From: Vulcanimicrobiota bacterium
GTDB taxonomy: Bacteria; Vulcanimicrobiota; Xenobia; Xenobiales; JADMJV01
Reading direction: 5' to 3'
Length of the DNA stretch: 64,000 nucleotides
Assembly: GCA_050250895.1 (NCBI GenBank)
Contig: JBFWNU010000007.1
Location: 96,001 to 160,000, forward strand
Of the stretch, positions 21,240 to 30,369 are shown one piece after another. Within the stretch, counting starts at the first letter, position 1, and the number at the start of each line of letters is the position of its first letter. The position numbers and the translations under genes are program-made. Below the pieces are notes generated by a model, which saw only the letters and a program-made list of their open reading frames with translations, was not told the DNA's origin and ran no database searches.

Positions 21240-22743
21240 GGACCGCTTCACCGGGCTCGAGTTCGTCATAAGCGAGCACGGTCAGATGGGGGAGGCGACT
21301 GTGTAAAGCCTGCCACAGGTCGGCGCGCAAGACAGAGTTGACCAGCAGCACATCGAGCTGTTCTTGCTCGAGCTGGTCGGCGAGCTGCTCGCAACTATCG
21401 CGCAGGCCGCGTCGCGACTTGAGGGTCAGCAGATGATCTTCGGTCTCGACGCTCAACTCGGCTACCTCGAGACGTCCTTCGCCATCGAGCAGGTGGGCAT
21501 AGAGGCTGCGACCCAGCAGCTGCCTCACCCGAGCCACGAGCTCGGCCAGTGAACCGGAGCCGGGAAAGCCCTCGAGGATCGCCTCGAGGATGCCGGTGAG
21601 GTCTGCGATCGAGCATCTTTCCCGCAGCAGTTCGCGCAATACCCCGCGCACCGCCGAAACGGGAACGTTTTCGCGTTCGAGTTCGAAGGTCACCGACGCG
21701 TCCTCGCGATCCAGGTGGTCGAGCAGCAGATTGACCATCTTGATGCTCAGTAACCGCCAGGCTTCTTCTTGCAGGGTCACGCCGAGGTGCATCTTGACCA
21801 CCTGGGCGGCGGGCAAGACCTGCAGGCCGGTGGTGTCGATGCTCCCCAGCGCGGCGTCGTCGACCCAGCGGTACCCCCCTAATTCGGGGTCCCAATCCTT
21901 GCCTTCGGGAATCGTCTCTTCACCCGGTGCCAGGATGAGAAAGTCTTCGGGCACCCGCCCGTGCGTGAGCATCAGTTCGCGATAGCGCAGATAGAAGTCG
22001 CGCGGCCCCAGCTGGCTGTCGATATGGATCGAGATGTCTGGCAAGCTAAAGCCGAGTTGCTCGTAGACGTGTTCGCGCAGCTCGTGCAGTTGGCCCAACA
22101 AAGGTGGGTCCTGGGGGGGCGTGAGCAACCCCGACAGGCCGCTACCCAGCGAGAGATAGAGGGCGTTGGGATTGACCCGCTCCTGGGTCTCGCCGCCGGC
22201 GGCCGAGTCGGGCTCGACCCCCTCGAAACGGTTGAGATACCATTCGGCCATCCAGCGGCCCAGCGCCCAGCCGAAGCCATAGCGTAACTCGGCCGTCACC
22301 TGGTCGCCGTTGAGACTCTTGTCGAGGCCCTCGACGATGCGGGTGATTTCGTTTTCGAGCACCTTGTCCAGGCGATTGATCCAGTTGGCCGGTTCGGCTG
22401 GTTTATCCGGGTTGTGGCGAAATCGCTGGCCGAGCTGGGTCAGAACCTTTTTGACCTCGAGCTCGCCATCGCCTTCGTCGTGGTCGTCGACCCGAAGGTG
22501 CACCAGCACCCAGTCATGGCTGTCATCAGAAATCGTGAGTCGCTCAGAAAGATACTCTTTGAGGCGACCTGGGGCCGGCGCCGACCTCAGGTTGAGGCTG
22601 CAGACCGAGTATTCGCCCGAATCGAGGGCTCGTTTGGCGGCCTGGCTGAGGGTGTCGGGATCTTCAATTAGATAGGCGTTGCGAATGGTCCGGTTTTCGT
22701 TGAGTTCGAGGATGGCGCGCAGCCCAGGGCTATCCTTCTTCAA
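21220..22743 (-). CDS. FlhA/SctV (FHIPEP) cytoplasmic-domain protein with unrelated soluble N-terminus
   Basis: LSLGSGLSGLL...LREHVYEQLGFSLPDISI, VLRELLRERCSIADLTGILEAI, LVARVRQLLGR, LTVLAYDEL; no TM block; TTG start with GGAGG. Confidence 0.78.
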   Translation of the reverse strand: MKKDSPGLRAILELNENRTIRNAYLIEDPDTLSQAAKRALDSGEYSVCSLNLRSAPAPGRLKEYLSERLTISDDSHDWVLVHLRVDDHDEGDGELEVKKVLTQLGQRFRHNPDKPAEPANWINRLDKVLENEITRIVEGLDKSLNGDQVTAELRYGFGWALGRWMAEWYLNRFEGVEPDSAAGGETQERVNPNALYLSLGSGLSGLLTPPQDPPLLGQLHELREHVYEQLGFSLPDISIHIDSQLGPRDFYLRYRELMLTHGRVPEDFLILAPGEETIPEGKDWDPELGGYRWVDDAALGSIDTTGLQVLPAAQVVKMHLGVTLQEEAWRLLSIKMVNLLLDHLDREDASVTFELERENVPVSAVRGVLRELLRERCSIADLTGILEAILEGFPGSGSLAELVARVRQLLGRSLYAHLLDGEGRLEVAELSVETEDHLLTLKSRRGLRDSCEQLADQLEQEQLDVLLVNSVLRADLWQALHSRLPHLTVLAYDELEPGEAVLTCLEL

Positions 22744-22800
22744 TGGAAACCTCCCGCCAACGCAGTTGGAATCATTACCTTAGATTTTATCACTTTCATG

Positions 22801-23322
22801 TCAATGCGAGAAGAGCCTTAGAAAGAAAAAGACCAGCACTCCGGTGACCGAGACGTAGAGCCAGATGGGAAACGTGAAGCGAGCTAGTTTGCGATGATTG
22901 GCGAACTTCCCGGTCAGGGCGAAGAAGAAGGTCGACAACACCATGGGCAAAGCCACCACCGATAGGCCGATGTGGCTAAACAAGATGGTCAGATAAACCC
23001 GGCGGATGGCCGGGTCCCCCACAAAGCGGGTGTCGCCGTGTAAGGAGTGATAGATGATGTAACTGACGAGAAAAAGGCTGGAAAAGCAAAAAGCGGCCAG
23101 CATCAGTTTGCGGTGGCGCTCGCGCTCGCCGGCCCGAATGGCCAGCCAGCCCAACAGAATCGCAAAGGCTGAAAGGCCGTTGAGACTGGCATTGAGGGCA
23201 GCCATCCAGGCATAAGCTCCCGAGTCCCCACCGCCTTCGTGGAAATAGATGAGCCACACCAAGAATATCGTGGCGGCGGCACTAACTACTCCGATGGCGA
23301 AGAGACCTTTTTTCGTGTCCAC
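22801..23322 (-). CDS. DUF420 family membrane protein
   Basis: LNASLNG, HRKLMLAAF, LFLVSYIIYH, HRKLARFTFPIWLYVSVTGV. Confidence 0.9.
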   Translation of the reverse strand: MDTKKGLFAIGVVSAAATIFLVWLIYFHEGGGDSGAYAWMAALNASLNGLSAFAILLGWLAIRAGERERHRKLMLAAFCFSSLFLVSYIIYHSLHGDTRFVGDPAIRRVYLTILFSHIGLSVVALPMVLSTFFFALTGKFANHRKLARFTFPIWLYVSVTGVLVFFFLRLFSH

Positions 23323-23410
23323 GGTGGCGCAGTTCTATACGGGCCGAGAATCCCCCGCCCGCAGGGAGCAGGTCTTGCCAGGTTCTGGGCGGAACGGTGG
23401 GCCTGCCGCC

Positions 23411-23956
23411 ATGCAGGAAGACGGTTCCCACATCTGGCTGTTCGGTTACGGCTCCATCATTTGGAAGCCGGATTTTGGCTATCAAACGAGCTTCCCCGCT
23501 CGCCTGCACGGCTACAAACGGCGCTTCTGGCAAGGCTCGACCGACCACCGCGGAGTGCCGGGCGCCCCGGGTCGGGTGGTCACGCTCGTGCCCGCACCCG
23601 GCCACAGTCTTCTCGGCATGGTCTTTCGACTCGAGGGCGATGTCGAACAGGTCCTGGCCGCCCTTGACTATCGTGAAAAAGGGGGTTACGACCGGGTTTC
23701 GATCGAGGTGGAGGCGCTCGATGGACGGCGGGTGTCGGCGCTCACCTACATCGCTACCGAGGCCAATCCCGACTATTTGGGTCCGGCCGATCTCGAGGTC
23801 ATCGCGACCCAAATCGCGAGCAGTCACGGCCCCTCGGGCCCAAATCTAGAGTATCTGGCGCGCTTGCACCAGGCCCTGGAGGTTCTGGGCGAGCCCGACG
23901 ATCACGTTCTGGCTTTGATGCAACTGGTCCAGAAAAGAAAAAACGGCGGTCCCTGA
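23411..23956 (+). CDS. chaC: Gamma-glutamylcyclotransferase, ChaC family
   Basis: WLFGYGSIIW, RRFWQGSTDHRG, PGRVVTL, LDYREKGGY, GPSGPNLEYL. Confidence 0.92.
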   Translation: MQEDGSHIWLFGYGSIIWKPDFGYQTSFPARLHGYKRRFWQGSTDHRGVPGAPGRVVTLVPAPGHSLLGMVFRLEGDVEQVLAALDYREKGGYDRVSIEVEALDGRRVSALTYIATEANPDYLGPADLEVIATQIASSHGPSGPNLEYLARLHQALEVLGEPDDHVLALMQLVQKRKNGGP

Positions 23957-23966
23957 GGAACCGCCG
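23938..23966 (-). terminator. Hairpin terminator between convergent genes
   Basis: CGGCGGT/ACCGCCG stem, T-run on the minus strand. Confidence 0.65.
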
Positions 23967-23983
23967 CTCTTAGACTGCCCAGC

Positions 23984-24595
23984 TTACTTGCTGCTCAGGC
24001 CGAACTCGTCTTCCATGATGATCTTGAAGGTGTGATCCTTGATCTTGAAGGTGACGGCGCGTTCGCTGATACCGGCCACACGATACTCGCCGACTTTGTC
24101 GCCGACGCGTACGATGTGGGACTGGTCGGGCGAGGTCAGAATGGCCATGCGGCCAGTGCCTGAACTCACGATACCACTGATGGTGACGGCGGGAGGATCG
24201 ATTTCTTCCTCTTCCTCGTCGGTATAAGCGGCTTCTTCTCCGCCCTTGTTGTCACCGCTGGCGGTGGCGCCTTCGCCACCGTCCTGGGCTCTAACGGTCG
24301 GACCTGCGTTTGGGTCCCCTTTTTTAGGGGTCTTGCCCCCTGAGAAAGTCCCGGCCTCGATTGGATTGATGAACGGATCGCGGTCCGTCAGTTTCGGCTT
24401 GGGCATCTTCTTGGGCCCCTGCTGCTCGGCCGGGGCCGGCTTGTCAGGAGTCTTCGGGGTCTCGGCATCCTCCGAGATGGTGACTTTGCCCGAGGCGTCA
24501 CCCTCTTCTTGTGCCTGGGCGGCATTGTAGCCAGTCCCGGTGACCAGAGCACCGAGGATGGTTAGCGCCGCCAGGGACCTGAGAAATGACTTCAT
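23984..24595 (-). CDS. Exported protein with PilP/GspC-like C-terminal domain
   Basis: Signal peptide, disordered linker with RDPF, then ISGIVSSGTGRMAIL...IVRVGDKVGEYRVAGISERAV. Confidence 0.65.
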   Translation of the reverse strand: MKSFLRSLAALTILGALVTGTGYNAAQAQEEGDASGKVTISEDAETPKTPDKPAPAEQQGPKKMPKPKLTDRDPFINPIEAGTFSGGKTPKKGDPNAGPTVRAQDGGEGATASGDNKGGEEAAYTDEEEEEIDPPAVTISGIVSSGTGRMAILTSPDQSHIVRVGDKVGEYRVAGISERAVTFKIKDHTFKIIMEDEFGLSSK

Positions 24596-24889
24596 ATACT
24601 AATGATCCTCCTATATCGTCTGCCGGCGGCCGGAAAGACTCGTCGGGCAGTGAGGACGGATTTGATCCGCCCTCTAATCTTTTTCACGATCGAACGCGTT
24701 CTTCCTTTCTGTTGGACACCCTGGTTTTTGTCCGATTTCTTTCTGAAAACTCTTTTAGTAAAGGTCGGTCTTGCCGCCGTTACGTAGGGATTCGGGTTGA
24801 CGGGCCGAAAGGTCATTCCTGGAGTAAAAAACTATTATTCCAAGGTTTGGGAAAGGGTTTGCAGGGATTACCTGAAGTTAGGTTCTGTT

Positions 24890-25354
24890 ATGAATTTTCC
24901 GTCCAGGCTTCGTAAAGCTAGAAAAGAAGCCCGTCTGTCTCAGCTCGAGCTGGGCCGGCGGCTGGGTGTTTCCGGACAATCGGTGAAAGAATGGGAAGCC
25001 GGCCGAAGTTCCCCCCAATTCGATAGGCTCAAGGAGATCGCCACCGTTACAGGCAAGCCTGTGGCCTGGTTCTTCCTCTCCGAGAGCGAACCGGGCGGCT
25101 TCGCCCGCACAGTCCAGGTTCTGCACGAGACCATGGTAGAACTCGAGAGAGTGTCGGCCCAGGTCGAAAGGATGAGAGCCCGCCTGACGCCAGTGGTGGG
25201 CAGTCTCAACGGCGAGACGCCTCGCCCCTGGAGTTCGCAGATGGAATGGGCCCACGAAATGCTATCAAATCTGCGGGGTGAACTCGACGAGATCGAGTAT
25301 CAACGGCTGGTCGACATGGCTGCCAAAGCTCGCTGGAGCACTCAGGTCGGCTAG
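24890..25354 (+). CDS. XRE-family HTH transcriptional regulator
   Basis: RLRKARKEARLSQLELGRRLGVSGQSVKEWEAGRSSP. Confidence 0.88.
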   Translation: MNFPSRLRKARKEARLSQLELGRRLGVSGQSVKEWEAGRSSPQFDRLKEIATVTGKPVAWFFLSESEPGGFARTVQVLHETMVELERVSAQVERMRARLTPVVGSLNGETPRPWSSQMEWAHEMLSNLRGELDEIEYQRLVDMAAKARWSTQVG

Positions 25355-25403
25355 CCTTCACGTGCGTTGAAGGAAATTCAAGTGCTCGGCGGAAGTTCTC
25401 TTG

Positions 25404-25832
25404 ATGGAACAAACCGCAGAGTACACCTATTTGACCGTCGAAGAATTCGCGGCCGCTGCCGGTCTTGACGAGCGAAGGGTCTTGCATCTGATTCGAATGG
25501 GCGAGATCGTGGCTTTGCGGCCGGCCCACGGCCTGGGCTACCAGATCCTCGATACGGAACTCGTTCGCTATAAGGACACTTACGGCGCCACCGTGCGCCG
25601 CAAGCCCAAGGTGCCGTTGCGGCGACACGAGGCTTTGATGGTTCGGATGGGTCGCCTGCGTGAAAGGCTCCAGGAAGAGAAGCGCACCACGCGCCAGCAG
25701 GGGCAGGAATTGTCCCGAGAGCGCGAGCTGCGCCAGCGGCTACAGCGAGAACTCGATGAGGCCAGGGCCGAACTGGCGCGTTTGCAAGACGAGTTGGCTC
25801 GGCCCTGGTGGAAGAGACTAGTTGGGGGCTAG
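25404..25832 (+). CDS. HTH + coiled-coil protein with C-terminal amphipathic motif
   Basis: YLTVEEFAAAAGL (excisionase/MerR-like HTH), long coiled coil, ends RPWWKRLVGG. Confidence 0.6.
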   Translation: MEQTAEYTYLTVEEFAAAAGLDERRVLHLIRMGEIVALRPAHGLGYQILDTELVRYKDTYGATVRRKPKVPLRRHEALMVRMGRLRERLQEEKRTTRQQGQELSRERELRQRLQRELDEARAELARLQDELARPWWKRLVGG

Positions 25833-26929
25833 TCTCTTTCTATTTTGAAGCGGTTGCGAGGGATGGGCCGGGCCCGCGGGTGCAAGCGGCATCCGATTTC
25901 GAGCAACACTTCCACCGAGGCCTCGGGAGGAAGTTCGGGCCAGGCCAGAATCGGCACGTGGCCGTAGCGCAGGTCGGTCAGGGCGCGCACCAGGCTGCGC
26001 AGTTCGAAGTCCACCACCAGGGCCAGAAAAGGAGCCTGCTCGAGTAGCGGGTCAAGTTCCAGGCTCAGGCTGTGAAGGAACTCTTCTCCGTCGTCGCTGG
26101 GCAAGTGGCCCTCTTCCATCCGCTCTTTGAGCTGTTGCTCGAAGCTCTTGGTCAGGGTGGCTACGCCCAGATAGCCATCGTCTCCCAGATAGGGCCGACA
26201 GATGTGGCGACCCAGTTCGGAGCGGACCCGATCGAGCACGCTGTCATGGTTGTCTTCGTCGGGCGAAACGGCCGTCACCACGGCCTCGAAGACCGTCTTC
26301 AAGTCGCCCACGGCCACCTTCTCGCGGGCTAACTGGCGAAAGAGAGTTACCACTTCTACCCGATCCAGGCGGCGCTCGACTTCTTCGCTCAAGACCGGGT
26401 AACGCTCGGAGAGCCGGTCCAGGCGCGGGCTCAGACTGTCGAGATTGATCATTCGGTCGGGCATGCGGCCCAGCACCTCGAGCAGATGGGCCGTCATCAG
26501 GCCGGCCGGGTCGAAGACCACACAGCCCAGTTCATGGGCTCGGGTGGCCTGGGTGGCGCTAATCCATTTGGCCGGTAGGTGATAAATGGGGTCGTTGGTT
26601 TCGACCCCGAGCAGGACCTGGGTGGTGGCCGGTGAGCCGACCACCAGCACGCCCACGGCATTGGACTCGCCCCTGGCCTCGATGCGCCCGTCGACCTCGA
26701 TCTGATAGACGTTGCTCGGCAGATCGTGGCCGGGAGTAAAGGAAGTCTCGGGCACCGGGATACCCCAATCGCGGCTCCAGGCGGCCAGTCCGGTGACCAC
26801 CCGGGTATAAAACCCTCCGTCGGTGGTGGGGTCGAGTAAGGGGGCAAGCTTGGGTCCCAGTCGCAGCACCAACTCGGGCGGCTGCCTGGACTCGAGGCGC
26901 TCTTCGAGACTTTGCCAGGCTGTCTTCAT
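25829..26929 (-). CDS. Stand-alone FlhA/SctV (FHIPEP) cytoplasmic domain
   Basis: LVLRLGPKLAPLLD, WGIPVP, YQIEVDG, DPIYHLPAKWI, VFDPAGLMTAHLLEVL, LAREKVAVGDLKTVFE, VRSELGRHIC, ILAWPELP; no TM region. Confidence 0.85.
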   Translation of the reverse strand: MKTAWQSLEERLESRQPPELVLRLGPKLAPLLDPTTDGGFYTRVVTGLAAWSRDWGIPVPETSFTPGHDLPSNVYQIEVDGRIEARGESNAVGVLVVGSPATTQVLLGVETNDPIYHLPAKWISATQATRAHELGCVVFDPAGLMTAHLLEVLGRMPDRMINLDSLSPRLDRLSERYPVLSEEVERRLDRVEVVTLFRQLAREKVAVGDLKTVFEAVVTAVSPDEDNHDSVLDRVRSELGRHICRPYLGDDGYLGVATLTKSFEQQLKERMEEGHLPSDDGEEFLHSLSLELDPLLEQAPFLALVVDFELRSLVRALTDLRYGHVPILAWPELPPEASVEVLLEIGCRLHPRARPIPRNRFKIERD

Positions 26930-27780
26930 AGGCGCTCTTCCGTGATCCAGAAGTTGCGGCTGGCTACCAGTTCGCTCTCGAAATAGAGATCGACCTGATA
27001 GGCTCCCGGCAGATATCCGCTCTTGGGCGCGCGAAAGAGGAAGAGAGCGTCTTCGTCGGGCTGGGGGGCTTCGACAGTGGTCTCGCCCACCAGTTCGCCA
27101 CTCTGGAGTTTGTCAACGCTGCGGGCCGACCAGATGGCCCTGACCGGCGTTCCCGGTTTGAGTTGCGAAGTGTCGACGATCAAGAAGATGGTTTCGTGCT
27201 TGCTGGCATTGTAGGTCAGGCGCGTCTTGGTGGCGTTGATGTCGTCTTGCAGGCGGATGTAACGGGGCTTGGGCAGTCGGTGGGTTCCGGCTTCGGGGTC
27301 GAAGCGAAAGCTGCGTCGATACAGGATGCCGTCTTGGATGCGAACGGTCACCTGAACGCTTTTTTGCTCGGGCCAACCGCCCGCAGGCCGGTCCAGGTGA
27401 AAGCTGACCTGGCGCTCTCCGGGAGCGATCGAGACGGCCTGAGGTTCGGCCAGTGGCTCTCCGGCAAGGCTCCAGTCCACGGTGAAGTCGGTGCGGCGGC
27501 TACTGGGGTGCAGGCTGACGATCAGGTCGAGGCTGTGGGTGTCGGGCGAGAAGCGTTCGGCGTCGACGGGCTGCTCGGGATCGTCGGTCAATACCACCGA
27601 CCGCAATCGCGACATCGAGCTGCCCGGAGCCGGCGCCTCGGGCGAGGGACGCGGATCCGGGGCCATAGGGCTGGCTGCGGGGCTGGGCGAGGCCGGCTCG
27701 GGAGGCGGGGTTTGGCCGCAACCGCCCAGCCACCACAGCAGACCAGTCAGAGTGAGAACGTGAGCGAGTTGCCGCCGCAT
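26926..27780 (-). CDS. Lipoprotein with Pro-rich linker and two tandem beta-sandwich-like repeats
   Basis: Lipobox LGGC; two similar halves (LTDD...VDWS...GGWP / LQDD...AIWS...SGYLPG). Confidence 0.65.
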   Translation of the reverse strand: MRRQLAHVLTLTGLLWWLGGCGQTPPPEPASPSPAASPMAPDPRPSPEAPAPGSSMSRLRSVVLTDDPEQPVDAERFSPDTHSLDLIVSLHPSSRRTDFTVDWSLAGEPLAEPQAVSIAPGERQVSFHLDRPAGGWPEQKSVQVTVRIQDGILYRRSFRFDPEAGTHRLPKPRYIRLQDDINATKTRLTYNASKHETIFLIVDTSQLKPGTPVRAIWSARSVDKLQSGELVGETTVEAPQPDEDALFLFRAPKSGYLPGAYQVDLYFESELVASRNFWITEERL

Positions 27781-27857
27781 GGGTCGAGCTTCCCGCGGGC
27801 GCAATCCCAATCCTTCTGCGGCAGGAGCCTGAGTACTCAAAACCAAAGGTCAGCTCC

Positions 27858-28181
27858 GTGAGTTTCGATGCCCAGGGAATGATCGAGGTCAATTTTCCCC
27901 TCATTCTTCAGGCCTCGGAGTTGCCCGGCGAAGAGCCGCCCCTGGTGGTTTCGGTGGCAACCTGGGGCCGCGGCTGCAAACAAGAGACTCTGCAGGCCCT
28001 CGAGCCGTACCGACACGGGCTGGGTTTCAACGGTTCGGTGGTGGCTCGACCACCCCGAGCGCTGGCGGCTGAACTGTTCGAGATGCCCGAGTTGCAGACC
28101 GCGCAAGCGCCGGCCGGCAAGCGGACGCAAGTGTTGGGAGTGGCCTTCAAGTCGGTTTTCCTGGATTGGCTCGAAGGGTAG
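27858..28181 (+). CDS. Hypothetical protein
   Basis: 107-aa ORF filling the gap; no recognisable motif. Confidence 0.4.
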   Translation: MSFDAQGMIEVNFPLILQASELPGEEPPLVVSVATWGRGCKQETLQALEPYRHGLGFNGSVVARPPRALAAELFEMPELQTAQAPAGKRTQVLGVAFKSVFLDWLEG

Positions 28182-28232
28182 TCCTCTAAAGGCTTCGGCA
28201 GGGGGCGGCAAGAGCTTGGCGAAGGCCGACCC

Positions 28233-28751
28233 ATGTCCGAAGAGAAAGCTACCTCCGACAGTCGCCTGGAGGACCTCGAAGCCCAGGTTGAAGGGCTCAA
28301 GACGAAGCTGCTGGTCGGCTTCGTGCTCATTTTGGGCCTGGCCGCCGTGCTGGCCCAGCGCGTCTATCTCGACAAGCGTGGCATCACCACCAACGGCATC
28401 ATCCTGGCTGACGACAACGCTCCTCGCACGGCCCTGGTGTTGACTCCCAACGGCCACATTGCGTCGGTACCCTTCTCTTTCGCAGGTCAGTTGCCGGGTC
28501 TGGACTTCGAGGCGGTGGCCGGCCTCAAAGGCCTGGCTTTCTACGACAGCCAGGGCAAGCCTCGGATCTTGCTCGGGGTCAACGGCGAGGACCAGCCCGT
28601 GATGGCGGTGGTCGGGCCCGACGGCAGCCTGCAGTGGACCCCCGTGACCATGCCTGCGCCCGAGCAACCCGGTGGCGGCCAGCCGCCCCAGCCCGGCAGC
28701 ACCCCCACGCCCGAGGCCACCCCCGCTCCCCCAGCAGCGCCTACACCCTAG
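28233..28751 (+). CDS. Hypothetical single-pass membrane protein with Pro-rich tail
   Basis: Coiled coil, TM helix, repeated beta-strand segments. Confidence 0.65.
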   Translation: MSEEKATSDSRLEDLEAQVEGLKTKLLVGFVLILGLAAVLAQRVYLDKRGITTNGIILADDNAPRTALVLTPNGHIASVPFSFAGQLPGLDFEAVAGLKGLAFYDSQGKPRILLGVNGEDQPVMAVVGPDGSLQWTPVTMPAPEQPGGGQPPQPGSTPTPEATPAPPAAPTP

Positions 28752-28759
28752 TCCGCGCG

Positions 28760-30100
28760 GTGCGCCCGACCCTCACCGTCACCGAACTGTTGAGCCGCGT
28801 CAAAGCGGCCATTTCCACGCCCGAGCTCACCAGTAGCCTGGTGAAAGGCGAGTTGACGAATTTTCGCTACTCACCCTCGGACCATCTCTATTTCGTCATT
28901 CAGGATAGACGCTGTCAGATCCGGTGCGTGATGTTCGCCGCCGACGCGCGGCGCCTGCGGTTTCGTCCCCACGACGGGTTGACCGTGATCGTGTCGGGTC
29001 AACTGACTTTGTATGGGCCCAAAGGCGACTTGCAGTTTCAGGTCAAGGCCATGCGGCCGGACGGCAAAGGCCAACTGTACGAGCAGTTGGCTCGGCTCAA
29101 GCATCGGCTCCACGCCGAGGGGCTTTTCGACTCGTCGCGCCGCCGGTCTCTGCCCGTCTTTCCGCGCACGGTCGGGGTGGTCACCTCGCTGCAGGGGGCG
29201 GTGTTGCGAGACATCGCCACCACCTTGCGCCGCCGCAATCCTTCCATTCGGCTGGTCGTAGCCCCGGCCAGTGTCCAGGGCGACCTGGCCCCGCGCGAGC
29301 TGGCCCGGGCGCTGCGGCGGCTGGCCCCCCTGGTAGAGGTGGTGATTATCGCCCGGGGGGGCGGCTCGTTCGAGGACTTGCTGGCTTTTAACTCCGAGCA
29401 GGTGGTCCGAGCCGTGGCCGCCTGTCCGGTGCCCATCGTGAGTGCGGTTGGCCATGAGACCGACGTCACCATGTGCGACCTGGCTGCCGATAAGCGTGCT
29501 CCCACCCCTACGGCGGCCGCCGAGATCGTGGCCCCTCCCCGGGCCAAAATGTTGGAGGAAGTCGAGGGGCTGCGCGGCCGACTGAGTCTGGCTCTCGACA
29601 GCCGCAGCCGCAACCATCGGCAGTTTCTCGACCGCCTGCTCCAATCGCCGGCCCTGCTCTATCCCTTCCGAACCATCGAACAAGAGATGCAGCGGATAGA
29701 CGACCTCAAGACCCGTCTGCCCCTGGCCCTGGCGCGCCGGGTCAAAGACGAGCGGGGTCGGCTCGAGGCTCTGCGCCGCAGCCCGGCCTTGAGATTCCCT
29801 GAGCAACTGGTGGCCAAGGCCCGGGAGCGGTTGGCCGAGTTGACCGCGGCGCTACCGGTGGCCATGGAGCGCCGTTTGACCGGCTCGCGTCTCGAATTGG
29901 CGGGGCTTGGGGGCGAGCTGAAGGCGCTATCGCCACTGGGAGTCCTGGAACGCGGCTACGCGATCTGTCTGGACCAAGACGGCAAGCCGATTCAGGCCGT
30001 TGCAGGCAGGACCCCGCAAGAGAAAATTGAAGTTCGGCTGGCCGATGGCAGTTTGGCGGCCCGCATCGAGTCGGTCCGCCCAAAGGAGATCCCCCGTTGA
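28760..30100 (+). CDS. xseA: Exodeoxyribonuclease VII large subunit
   Basis: GELTNF...HLYF, GVVTSLQGAVLRDI, ARGGGSFEDL, SAVGHETD, RAPTPTAAAE, VLERGYAI; GTG start inferred. Confidence 0.95.
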   Translation: MRPTLTVTELLSRVKAAISTPELTSSLVKGELTNFRYSPSDHLYFVIQDRRCQIRCVMFAADARRLRFRPHDGLTVIVSGQLTLYGPKGDLQFQVKAMRPDGKGQLYEQLARLKHRLHAEGLFDSSRRRSLPVFPRTVGVVTSLQGAVLRDIATTLRRRNPSIRLVVAPASVQGDLAPRELARALRRLAPLVEVVIIARGGGSFEDLLAFNSEQVVRAVAACPVPIVSAVGHETDVTMCDLAADKRAPTPTAAAEIVAPPRAKMLEEVEGLRGRLSLALDSRSRNHRQFLDRLLQSPALLYPFRTIEQEMQRIDDLKTRLPLALARRVKDERGRLEALRRSPALRFPEQLVAKARERLAELTAALPVAMERRLTGSRLELAGLGGELKALSPLGVLERGYAICLDQDGKPIQAVAGRTPQEKIEVRLADGSLAARIESVRPKEIPR

Positions 30101-30369
30101 GCCAACCCGAACAGTGGAACTATGAGCAAGCTTTGACCCGGCTCAAGACGGTGGTCGAACAGCTCGAGCGGGGCAGTCTGGGGCTAGAAGAATCGCTGAC
30201 GCTCTTTGAAGAAGGCATGAGCCTGAGCCGCATCTGCGACGAGAAACTGACCGAGGTTGAAGCTCGGGTGCGAGTGTTGGTGGGCCTGGGAGAAAACCCG
30301 TCCACTCGCAGCGACCTGGACATGGAGTTTGTGAGTGTGGAGGGAGACGGTGAGTTTGACAACCGCTAG
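30097..30369 (+). CDS. xseB: Exodeoxyribonuclease VII small subunit
   Basis: YEQALTRLKTVVEQLERGSLGLEESLTLFEEG. Confidence 0.93.
   Translation: MSQPEQWNYEQALTRLKTVVEQLERGSLGLEESLTLFEEGMSLSRICDEKLTEVEARVRVLVGLGENPSTRSDLDMEFVSVEGDGEFDNR

Noticed and set aside
24890-25832. XRE plus excisionase-like HTH as a prophage remnant
   Set aside because: No integrase, structural or replication genes nearby
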